A stretch of DNA of 64,000 bases from Octopus sinensis. Lineage: Eukaryota. The translations under genes and the position numbers were made by a program. The stretch covers positions 42,222,001-42,286,000 of the forward strand of contig NC_043001.1 in assembly GCF_006345805.1 (NCBI RefSeq), in the 5' to 3' direction. Positions 12,101-23,166 of this stretch are shown piece by piece; within the stretch, counting starts at the first letter, position 1; every line of letters begins with the position of its first letter. The notes beneath the pieces are model-generated. The model was not told the DNA's origin, did not search any database, and saw only the letters and a list, made by a program, of their open reading frames with translations.

Positions 12101-15100
12101 AATATTTTCACTATTCACATAGCTTTATAAATAAGTTTTCATATCTGAAATCCCTATTAAGACTGGGTTCTAACAATAAATATAACATGAAACCTAAAAG
12201 TTGTTTGCATGGTTATTGTTTAGCTTTCCACATCCACAGCATGGTTTGTGTTTTGTAATTTTTTATTTTTCATGTAGTCCTTTGTCTTGGAATATATTAC
12301 ATGCACACACATATATACACTCACTAAGCAAAAGAAAAGAGCAGTACTTACTTTTTGTGTGTGTATGGTTATTTCAATGATTAATTTTTTTAGTTTCTCA
12401 TTATCAATTATTCTGAAAAAAAAATACATCTTTCATTTTTTTAAAAAATAAATTAGTGTGATACTGAACTAGTCTTCACAACTGATAACACCTTTCTTTT
12501 AATCATTTTCTATGGTTAACATAACCTTTAATTTTTCAACTAATAATAGTCCACACTAGATGATCAAAAGCAGTTTTTAATAACACTAGTTTACAGGGTT
12601 GAACCAAAGTATTCTATGATTACTTTTGCAATATCAAACACTTACTGCCTTCATTAAAGCATTTCATTTGTTACACTCGCAAACTGACTTACAATTTCTT
12701 TAGATATATACAAGAACAGTAACTATATTAGCATCTGCAATATATTTCTGGATGTATCTAAACAGTTTTGTTTTTCTCTTGAAAACCACAATGTGAAAAT
12801 TAATCTCTTTCAATTTCTTTCTTTTTGCATTTACTATTAACAGAATGGATGAATTCATTCATAATCTCTCTCTTTTTCTCTTCATCTTTCACTTTCATGG
12901 ATTTTAGAGAAAAATATGACTACATTACAAAAGTTTAAAACTGATTTTAAAAAGTTTAGGGATTTGTGATGTTTTCAGTGGAGTGGTTACCATAAACTAA
13001 TTATGAAGATTCCTACTTTTTAGATCTCATATAATACATTATTTCTTTAATAGTTGTTCCATTTTATACAAATTTAATTTGCTTTAAGAGTTCCAAACAA
13101 ATTACCAATGTAAGAATCTTGTTACTTCCTGAACAGTATTTCCTATTATTCAACCACTACAACTTTGAACTTTATTTCTCTAATGACTATCATTTAATAT
13201 TTCTTATTTCCAAAATCTTAAATTCTGTTTTGTAATGAACCTTGAAATTATAGGCTTACTTTTTTCTGTAATGGGAAAACGATCTTGGTAAGTCTTCCTT
13301 CATTCACTCTTTATCCACTTCAATTACCCAAAAGTGTCATTGTGAGGAATATTTTTAAGTCATGAAAAAGAACTGTTTTCTTTTATAGGAACACAGGTTA
13401 ATTGCAGCTGCTGTTCATTAGTTTTTGAACTCTACTACAATCAATAGTGTTCTATATAATCTGGTTATAGCACTCAGCTATATCTGCTTTGCAGTATATA
13501 TATTTATAATTAGTGGTCAGAGTGATTGAGAGTTATGGGTACAATGTAGTGTCACTAAAAGAGCACAAACCATAGAACTTTTGGCTAGCACTGTACTGAC
13601 TCTGCCAATTGTGACTCTTAATTTTATTTGATAAATAAAATGTCTAAACATATCCACAAAGAATGTGTCGACTTCTCTCAGCAAATGAACAATAACCAAC
13701 TCAAATCCTCATCATACAATTGCTCAGAAAAATTAATAAACTGCATTCAATGTAAATGAGTTAGTTCTTCAGATCTCAAACTACAATAATATATATATAT
13801 GATATTAAATTCAACCAAGATATACTTCATCTATTTTCTGAACAGCCCCTCCAAATCTTTCCTCATATTCATTTCAAACCTTATCTCCAGTTCTAACAAA
13901 TCTAATTTACTTTAAAAGCCCTTTATCTGAAAATTCTTTTCTTAAAATGAAGTTATATATATTTTGATGTTTTTTTTCTTTTTGAAAATATTGTCTTTGA
14001 TGGCCACAATAAACTAATTTAATAACCTTTATTTCTGTTTCATAGCAGGGGATCTATATAATCTTCAGTTAAGCTTTTCATGTAGTTCAATAAATGAAAA
14101 AGAAGACAAAAATTCAAATTAAAGATTTTTAGTATCATTTTGAAAATCTCAGGTCTTCTAAGATACTTTCTGAATTATGCTTTTTCATTGATTAAAAAAA
14201 AAATCTCTCATATATCATTTCATAGAATGATTATTATTATTCATGGTGAACTCCATAAGACTGACAAACCTCATTTTATATAGCCCAAATTTTAATATCT
14301 TTGTTGAAGATAAATTAGATGGAATTTGACCTTTCAAGAAAGTTTTGCATGAATTCATTAATGAAGTGTTGATTAAAGTATTGCATTTATATTTTCCTGA
14401 AATTAGTTATTTGTATAGAGAGGGCTATTTTTCAGTTTATTTCTTATTAGATGTGTAAGTACATCCAAAAATTTCATCACAGGAAAAGATATATATATTT
14501 GTCAACATGGACTTAACAAATATTAACAACAACAACAATAAAAATAATAAAGAAAAAGATAAAATATGGAAACAAATGTTCAAGTATATTAAAATGACAC
14601 CACTATAGTCTTTCAGGTCAATAGGCCAGTGGTTAGAACATTGAACCCAGTTTGGTCAATCCCTAGCCTAATTTGGGAATATTACTTGGAAATGAGTGCA
14701 AATAATGCTAATGTGAAATTGAGTAAACAATAACAAAAAGACATCCTTAAAAATATTCTGAGAATGTATTCTCACATATTCATCATTCTTTAGGAGAATA
14801 TATCTGAAATGCCAAAAGTCATTGTTCATGGTTAATATTTTAGACAGCAAATGGTATTCTTGGAGTATTAATCATGTCTTTGAATAATGAAAAGAAAAAC
14901 CCATATATCTTAATATATCAGAACCTTATGCCTTAAGTTCTTTAAAACATTTAAAACTTGATATATTAGATGGATTGCATAATAATGATTATTGCTGGTT
15001 CAAGTCAATGGTCTAACTTTACTTTTTTTTTTTTTAGAAAACGCCTTATTTTAGGAAATAATTAACTAGCAGCATGTTCAAGCAACATTTCGGAGATGTT

Positions 15101-15566
15101 TCAGTCTGAGATATTCCTGGCCAGTATTCCCAAATCTTAAACAGCAATGTCATCAGTGTGTCAGGCATGAGCAGACAACATTCTGGAATAACTGTTTTCA
15201 GTGTCGTTATCAAACCTATTATAATATTTTAATAAAATCAAAACAGAAATGTTGATAGTTATACATACTCAAACCCACATACACACATGCATATGTATTT
15301 GTGTGAGTGTGTGTACTAATGTTTGTTTTTATTTGAACTTTGGTGTAAAAGCTATATAACATTAAACTGAAGAATCACTCAATACATTTTGGTAAAGTAC
15401 ATTTAAATTTTTTTTTAATTATAAAATGTTAACTTCAAAGTTAAGCTGATGCCGACTAGTAAACCAAAACTTCAAAGTCACTGTCAACCTTTTCTTTGTT
15501 AAAGTTAATGTGTGTGTGTGTGTAAAATATGCATTCATATACATGTTAAAGATAATTACAAATACA

Positions 15567-15610
<44 letters not shown>

Positions 15611-16012
15611 CACTCCTTCATACATTTTGTTATCTGCTTTAAATATATACTGTTAAGTAAATTTTTGTACCTTGCAAAAAAAATCATTTCGAAGTAACTA
15701 ACATTTTGTGCAAATTAGTCTGTATTTTGAGGGCATAATAGCTTTTACTGTATTTGATGAAAGAGGGTTATTGTCCTTTTCTCTAAGTAGAAAATCCTAA
15801 ATATTTATTGTCTCTAATCTGTATGCATATATGTATGTATACCTTCATACTGTGTGGACTGTGATCCCCATTAACAGGCCCTTGATACTAAATAAAATGT
15901 TAAGCACTTTTAGTATGAAAGTTAGTTGGTCCAGTTTTCTGTAGCTACTGGATTTGCTGAGTATATAAACAGATTGTCTGCTTGTTTATCTGGAATTGGT
16001 CAAATATATGTA

Positions 16013-16054
16013 GACACCTCTGATGAGAACTCCATGTTCAAAACTCAGTTAAGG
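16013..16054 (+). ncRNA. Degenerate type I hammerhead ribozyme motif
   Basis: cct-CTGATGA-gaac(tccat)gttc-AAAAC-tca-GTT-aagg; helix II is perfect, G12 is replaced by A, helices I/III are imperfect. Confidence 0.4.
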
Positions 16055-16199
16055 CTTAACATTATTTTTTTCAGTCAAAGGAGAAATAACTAAATTTACC
16101 CTGTTTGTATATGTACAACATAGGTTACATATATATTATGTATATATATATATATATATATATATTTGTTTATGTATGTATCTTTAGGTGTGTGTGTAT

Positions 16200-18317
16200 A
16201 GGCATAGACAGGTATATCAAGCCAGGGGAAAAGCAGAAGAGAAGTTTGCTTATGTTCTGCAACTTGAGGACCAGAAACTTGAAGTGTTTCAGATTGTAAG
16301 ATAGTGTGTGAGAGAAAATTGTGATGTCATAAAAGAGAAATGTGTCCACATGGATGATGGTGCACTTGCATTTAATGATTCTGCGAAGAAAGACACTTGG
16401 AAATGCCATTATGAAAGGCTACTAAATGTGGAGGATGAATGAGAGAAGGAGAGTCTGCCAAGTGTTAACCCAGCTGAGGGACCAGCTATCTGAATCAACA
16501 GTAGCTTAGTAGATAAAGCAATCAAGGATATGAAGATGGAAAGCTTCTGGCCTGTCAGGAATCACTACTGAGATGCTTAGAATATCTGGTGGAGTAAGAC
16601 TAAAGGTGACGCCTTAGACAGGAATTGTTACATAAGCATCAAACTGCTGGACCAGGTGAGGGAAGTCACAGAAAGGGTCATACCTCTATTTAGGAAGTGA
16701 GTTAGTGTAAATGAGATACAGTTTGGATTTGTGTGTGATAGGAGTATGACTGATGCTATATTCTTGGTTAGGCAACTGCAGGGGAAATAACTAACCAAAA
16801 ATAAACCCCTGTAACTGGCTTTTGTTGACATGGAGAAAGCGTTTACAGTCTCCTGCTCCCTTATCTGATGGTCAATGTAGAAGCTAGGGATAGATAGGTG
16901 GTTGGTGAAAGCTGTACAAGCCATGTATGGGGATACTATCAGTAAGGTGAAGGTTAGCGATAAATTTAGGATACAAGTAGGGGCTCTCCAAGAATCATTT
17001 CTCAACCCCCTTTTGTTCATCATACCCCTCCAGGCAATAACAGAGGAATTTAAGAAATTTCAGATGTGGAAGAAATTTCAGATGTGGAAGCAAGGTCTAG
17101 AATCAAAGGGCCTTATAGTTAATCTAGCAAAAACCAAAGTCTTAGTAAGTAGTAGAGCAGACAACTCAGAAATTCCTTCTAGTAGATGACCCTTGTCAAT
17201 CTGTAGAAAAGATGCAGATAGAAACTCCATAAGATGTACTTGGTGCAAGCTATGGACGTGCAGCAATATCAGAGGAAGATTAACTGGGAAAATAGTTTTT
17301 GTGTGTGGAAGGTGCACAGGTACAATTAACACTAAAAATTTATGGAAAATAGACTCCACCAAATGCTAGTAGGGAAAACTAGAAGTAATTGATAACTTCC
17401 ATTATCTAGATGACCAAGTCAGCATCCAGGAGCATAGCTGCTAGAATAAAAATAGGCTGGGCGAAGTTCAGAGAGTTCCTACCTCTGTTGTTAACAAAGG
17501 CCTCTTGTTTAGAGCGAGAGGCAGATTGTATGATACCTGTGTGTGAACAGCCATGCTACATGACAGCAAAACATGGGCTGTGACTACTGAGGACATGCAT
17601 AAGCTTGAAAGAAATGAAGCTAGTATGCTTCATTAGATGTGTAATGTCAGTGTGCATGCACAACAGAGTGTAAGCAACTTGAGAGATAAGAGGCATTGGA
17701 TGTGGTGTGCAAGAGAGATGACTACACTGGTGTGGATGTGATGAATATGAATGAGGACAGCAGTTTGAAGAAGTGCTGAACTTAAATGGTGGAGCGAACC
17801 TGTGGAAGAGGTTGACTCCGAAGGACATGAGATGAGGTAGTCAAGCACGATCTTCAAATGTTGGGCCTCACGGAGACAATGGCAAGTCACTGAGACCTTT
17901 GGCAATATGCCATGCTTGAGAAGATCCATCAAACCAAGTGAAATTGTAATCATGTCCGATGCCAATGTCACATATCTGGTGCCAGTGACAAGTAAAAAGC
18001 ACTGTTCAAATGTTAGGCCTCACAGAGGTAGTGACGAGTGACTGAGACGTTTGGCAATAGACCATGCTTGAGAAGACTTGTCAAGCCAAGTGAGATCATA
18101 GTCATGGCTAATGCTGGTGTTATGTACGTGGCACCTGTGCTGGTGGCATGTAAAAAGTTCCCACTACACTCTTGGAGTAGTTGACATTAGGAAGAGCATC
18201 CAGCCATAGAAACCATGCCAAAACAGATTGGAACCTGGTGCAGCTTCCCAGTTTTCAATCAAACCATTCAACCCATGCCAGCATGGAAAACAGACGTTAA
18301 ATGTTGCTGATGATGAT
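16200..18317 (+). mobile_element. 5'-truncated, decayed RTE-clade LINE
   Basis: RT-domain peptides (WKCHYERLLNV, AFVDMEKAF, WKQGLESKGL.VNLAKTKVL) with frameshifts; 3' UTR and tail ending ...GCATGGAAAACAGACGTTAAATG..GATGAT. Confidence 0.9.
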
Positions 18318-18416
18318 ATATATGTATATGTAAATAGTGTACTGTTCAGTCAATGTCAGGTCAACCAAAAAAGTAATCCATCCACTGAAAGATAAATACC
18401 ATTTAATGTCCACTGT

Positions 18417-18495
18417 AAGATAAGAGCTACTAACAGTTTCTTATATGCTTAATCACATGACTTCATACCAAAAAACTGTTAGTAGCTCGTATCTT
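18417..18495. repeat. Inverted repeat, 23-bp arms
   Basis: AAGATAAGAGCTACTAACAGTTT (18417-18439) and AAACTGTTAGTAGCTCGTATCTT (18473-18495), 1 mismatch. Confidence 0.9.
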
Positions 18496-18744
18496 TATAA
18501 GTGTACAGTAAATGATATATATATATATATATATATATATCATATATATATATCATATATACATACATGTGTGTATATGTGTACACATGTGTATATATAT
18601 ATATATATAAATATATGCAAAAATTTAGATTCAGTTAAATACGGTACTTAAGTTGAGGAACCAGAATTTAGTATGGTATTATCCATACAATTTCAAAGTA
18701 AGGTGATTAAAATCAAAATAAGCAACAAGAATATCCAGAGGTAA

Positions 18745-18830
18745 TGCAGTACGATCGTTTCATGCAACCCCATTTATTGAATAATGCAATCATTACATCA
18801 GTTTAAAATGCAGAGCAATCTTCAGCTGCA
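18745..18830 (-). ncRNA. Type I hammerhead ribozyme motif (family C)
   Basis: Minus strand: tgcag-CTGAAGA-ttgc...gcat-GAAAC-gatc-GTA-ctgca; helix I 5-6 bp, palindromic helix III ACGATCGT, U.U at base of helix II. Confidence 0.8.
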
Positions 18831-19277
18831 CAAAGACATGGAATTTAATTAATTTAGAACAGATGGACACATTAGTATAATTATACCTAAAATCTCCAAG
18901 AAGTTAAGGAGATAGACAAAAGAACATGCTGTCTTACTCCAGCATAGAACTTACTGTTTTCAAGAAGATATACATTGTTACAGACTCTGCCTGTCACTGA
19001 TTTTTTTTTATGAGGTCAGTTTATCAAATATGGGACTAGTTTATCAAATCCCTTGAATATCTAAGGCTGAGAGAACAAAAATCATGATGAAGTATATATA
19101 CAACTTAGTAAATTCAATAGAGAAGATTTATAGAAAATATGTAATAATTCAAGTATATAAAACTAAAAATTGTTTATTTCCTTAATTAGTCTATAATCAC
19201 TGATACCCAGTATTAATTAAATGAAAATTAATGCTGTAGGGCATGCTACCTATGCACTGATTTTAAACTAAGAGGTA

Positions 19278-19377
19278 NNNNNNNNNNNNNNNNNNNNNNN
19301 NNNNNNNNNNNNNNNNNNNNNNNNNNNNNNNNNNNNNNNNNNNNNNNNNNNNNNNNNNNNNNNNNNNNNNNNNNNNN
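19278..19377. other. Assembly gap (100 N)
   Basis: Run of N. Confidence 1.
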
Positions 19378-19443
19378 TGTGCCAGTAGCGCAGGCCTGGA
19401 ACTTACCTGCATTAAACTGCATGTTGTTGTCCTCAGCCCACCT
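19378..19443 (-). mobile_element. CR1/L2-type RT fragment next to the gap
   Basis: RWAEDNNMQFNAGKFQA matches the W...N.M.FN..K motif downstream of YADD in CR1-like RTs. Confidence 0.55.
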
Positions 19444-19487
19444 GTACATACATATATATATATATATATACATACATATATATATAT

Positions 19488-19521
<34 letters not shown>

Positions 19522-19618
19522 TAATAAATATAAGGGTAGCAAAAAAATTCTAGAAAAAATTCTCCGCCACCAGCGGTCTAGAGCGAAAGAAAAGATAGTC
19601 AAAGACTATATAATATAC

Positions 19619-20084
19619 ATTCAACAATATAAGGAATGGCCCTGATAGGCCATTCGACTCACTAGAAAGAGCAGCCAAACTCAAACCGCTAAATAGTTGT
19701 AATTCTGAAATTGGAAGAGAAATAAAAACATTTACCCTTTTCATCTCTGGACTATGCATAGTTTCGACAAACTTTTGTAAACAAATTAATTAAATTAAAT
19801 TAAATTTGCTTACAACTGGTGTGTCTCATCAGCAGAGAAGCCTAGGATGAGAATATGTCCATGAGGCTACACCAAGGAAGCCTCAAGCCTATATGCTCTA
19901 AATTTTCAAAATTAATTTAATTAATTTGTTTACCAAAGTTTGTCGAAACTATGCATAGTCCAGAAATGAAAAGGGTAAATGTTTTTATTTCTCTTCCAAT
20001 TTCAGAATTACAACTATTTAGTGGTTGAGTTTGGCTGCTCTTTCTAGTGAGTCGAATGGCCTATCAGGGCCATTCCTTATATTG

Positions 20085-20090
<6 letters not shown>
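19619..20090. repeat. Foldback element, about 180-bp near-perfect inverted arms, about 110-bp spacer, in (TA)n
   Basis: ATTCAACAATATAAGGAATGGCCCTGATAGG... mirrored by ...CCTATCAGGGCCATTCCTTATATTGTTGAAT; only a few mismatches. Confidence 0.95.
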
Positions 20091-20166
<76 letters not shown>

Positions 20167-20391
20167 GGTAATTAGAAAGGGATTTCTCCAAATGCTTGCC
20201 AGTTTGCTCACAGGTATTCAAAATAGGTTATTCAATGGTTAGTATATAAATCTAGTAATAATTCTTATATGATAAGAATTTAGAGATATCTCCATTAAAT
20301 TATTCTAAATATATTACTTTTAACTGTATAGGTTCCATGGAGTATTTAATATCAATAATAATGTTAATAATAATAATAATAATAATAATAA

Positions 20392-20607
20392 TGGTTTCAA
20401 GTTTGGCCATAAGGGCTGCAATTTTGGGGGAGGGGACAAGTCAATTACATTGACCCCAGTGTTCAACTAGCATTTATTTTAACAATCTCAAAAGGATGAA
20501 AGGCAAAGTTGACCGTGGCGAAATTTGAACTCAGAACACAGCGATGGGCAAACTACCACTAAGCATTACATCAAGCATACTAAGAATTCTATCAGCTTGC
20601 TGCCTTA
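20392..20607 (-). mobile_element. tRNA-type SINE
   Basis: Contains the family core GAGTTCAAATT(C/T)...GTCAACTTTGCCTTTCATCC on the reverse strand; flanked by (AAT)n. Confidence 0.8.
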
Positions 20608-21470
20608 ATAATAATAATTATTATTATTATTATAAGGATTACTATGAAGTAGCATTAGCATAACCTTTAATTCATTTTTATATATAAATACAGCCTCAAA
20701 TGTTTCTACGGCATCAGTTAATGACTGTTGCAATTGCAACCTTACTATAATACCAGTGCAGTGTCTTCAGCGTCCTCACTTTAATATCCTTTCAGATTTA
20801 ACTGGTTAAAGTTTTATGCTGATTTTCTTTAGTTCAATGATGTGGAGTACGTTAATTTAACAGCTATCTTCAATTCCAAGTATTGATTGGATAATCACTC
20901 ATTTATTCCTTATAATCAGTTATTTCAAAAAAAATTTTTCAAAAGATTATTCATTGTTTAAATATTTATAACTCATTTATATTGGGGAAAGGTAAATTTT
21001 CTCATATGCAAGCATCTTAAAGCTTCGTCTTGTCTAGATTTTATTACATTACCACCAGATGTAAAAATTTGGTAAAATTCTTCTATACACAAGTCACATA
21101 TATAAGGGTTAGTCACATATATTAGTTCCTGTTAGCCAGTTTCTTTTCAATATTAGTGCACTTGCACCAATGTAAAAGTATTCACTTATGTGTGTATGTG
21201 TATGTATATATATAGAGAGAGATAGATAGATAGATAGATATAAGTAGTTATCGCCAAGCTAATATGACAGTCCAGGAAAATAGGATGAATGCGGCTGTTG
21301 ATTAGCTCCAATAGGCCATCGCCTCTACCCAGCTATGTGACACACGAACCTGTGTCCATTTTAACCTTCGAACAGGGGAGGTCAGCCACTTCCCCTTGCT
21401 GGCCTGGTATCTACAGACTAGTTTCGGGGTACTTGACCATTTAACATACTACTAACATGGCACTCTCGCA

Positions 21471-21524
21471 TTCTTCTTCTTCTTCTTCTTCTTCTTCTTC
21501 TTCTTCTTCTTCTTCTTCTTCTTC
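21471..21524. repeat. (TTC)n microsatellite
   Basis: About 18 perfect TTC units. Confidence 0.95.
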
Positions 21525-22073
21525 CTATCAAGAATTCACAACAACCTCACCTTGAACCCACAAGAATAAACAAGAGAGATAGAAACAGGCAGAAACAAGC
21601 AAAGTGACACTTGTATTTGAACACTATGCAAATATTCTTTTAAAAAACTTTTCTTTTAATTTTTCCAAAATTTAATTGTTTTCCATGCTTACAGTTGAAA
21701 AAGTCAAAATGACTGAAACCGGTACTGAAATGTTTTTTATAAAATTATTTTAGCATTTTCTACCTTGACTTGTTTTTCCACATATCAACTCGTGTGTTCC
21801 TTTTCAACCTTCTACATATATATATGAATGTATTTATATATATTTATACATACATATCTATGTATATATATATGTATTCATATATGTGTGTTCATATATA
21901 TATTTATATATATATGTATTCATAAAAATGTGTATGTTCATATATATATTTATATATATATATGTATTCTTATATATATATATATATATATATGACAAAT
22001 TCCTCTACATAATATCAAGGTCTCATTCATTCTTTTGTTATATATACATATATATATATTCATATATATAATA

Positions 22074-22117
<44 letters not shown>

Positions 22118-22200
22118 TAAATATATATACATATTCATATGCATATATATATATTCATATATATATATATGAATATATATAATATATTCATATATATATA

Positions 22201-22236
<36 letters not shown>

Positions 22237-22353
22237 CATACATACATACATATATAAATTATATAAATAATGATAAGATCATTATTTAAAATACCGATCA
22301 TATGAAGTGGCTAGCATGGGAATAAAAACCTCATAGGTAATAATTATTAGTAA

Positions 22354-22617
22354 AATTATAATTAAGGGTATCTAAAAGATACCACCATACTAGATATAGC
22401 AGCCAAAACTTGACTCTGGGACCACATAAAATGTTCATACAGCATCAGGAGAGAAGACAAAGAGACAAAAGAAACTAGCAAATAATTTTTTGCTGGTTTA
22501 TTTTGTCGCTTTGTTTTCTCTCTTGGTGCTGTATGAACATATAATTTGATTCTAGAGTCAAGTTTTGGCTGCTGTATGTAGCATGGTGGTATCTTTTAGA
22601 TACCCTTAATTATAATT
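22354..22617. repeat. 264-bp imperfect palindrome
   Basis: AATTATAATTAAGGGTATCTAAAAGATACCACCAT... mirrored by ...ATGGTGGTATCTTTTAGATACCCTTAATTATAATT; axis at about 22485. Confidence 0.95.
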
Positions 22618-22637
22618 ATATATATATATATATATAT

Positions 22638-23166
22638 ATAAATACAGTGTACATTTAAACACATAAGTGGCATCCATCATAGGACTTCTTGCACCTTAGA
22701 GAGGACAGTTAAATTTCAAACCAATATTAGGGATAAAAATTAAAGGGAATGAAAAATAAAAAGACTTACCATCTAACTCCTGGACCAATGATTTCAGACT
22801 TTTTTTAGCAAATAAAATAATTTGCTAGGCGAAGTCTTCTTCAGCAAGTACACCTTAGACTAAATATATATACACAAGGCAACCCAGTATATGGCCCGTG
22901 CTTATGCATTCTAATTTTTCAAATCAACCGCACAAGCACAGCTCCTTGTTGGGAATAAATGAAATACTGGCTTTTCAATTCGAAAATTATCCAGAAAAAA
23001 TATCAATAATTAATAATATCAAAGGGTAATCAGAAATATTAGAAATTTCCATTACCAGTGGCCTAGCATGTAAAAATTTAGTCAATAAACAATATTTTAT
23101 TCATATAAATACAGTGTACATTTAAACACATAAGTGGCATCCATCATAGGACTCCTTGCACGCTAG
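22638..23166 (-). mobile_element. Hammerhead-bearing element (family A), 467-bp unit with about 60-bp terminal direct repeat
   Basis: AATACAGTGTACATTTAAACACATAAGTGGCATCCATCATAGGACT at 22641 and 23108 (offset 467); homologous to 30905-31285 on the opposite strand. Confidence 0.85.
22779..22848 (-). ncRNA. Type I hammerhead ribozyme motif (family A)
   Basis: Minus strand: cttg-CTGAAGA-agact...agtct-GAAA-tc(att)g-GTC-cagg; core intact, U.G at 15.2/16.2. Confidence 0.8.

Noticed and set aside
12352-12412. Minus-strand candidate exon IIDNEKLKKLIIEITIHTQK with AG/GTAAGT
   Set aside because: Single isolated match with no phase-compatible neighbours; expected by chance in T-rich DNA.
14020-14075. 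CTGAAGA...GAAAC on the minus strand; similar partial hits at about 19826, 52140, 58745, 60239 and 62169
   Set aside because: At least two required helices or core nucleotides are missing; treated as chance.
15070-15220. GC-richer patch with open frames on both strands and a CTGATGA...GAAAC match on the minus strand
   Set aside because: No recognisable protein; hammerhead helices I and II do not pair.
20690-20790. CTGAAGA...GAAAC on the minus strand
   Set aside because: Helix II is only partly paired, and there is no GUH triplet with a matching helix I.
21241-21470. HDV-like ribozyme
   Set aside because: Could not place P1 and J4/2 consistently on either strand.
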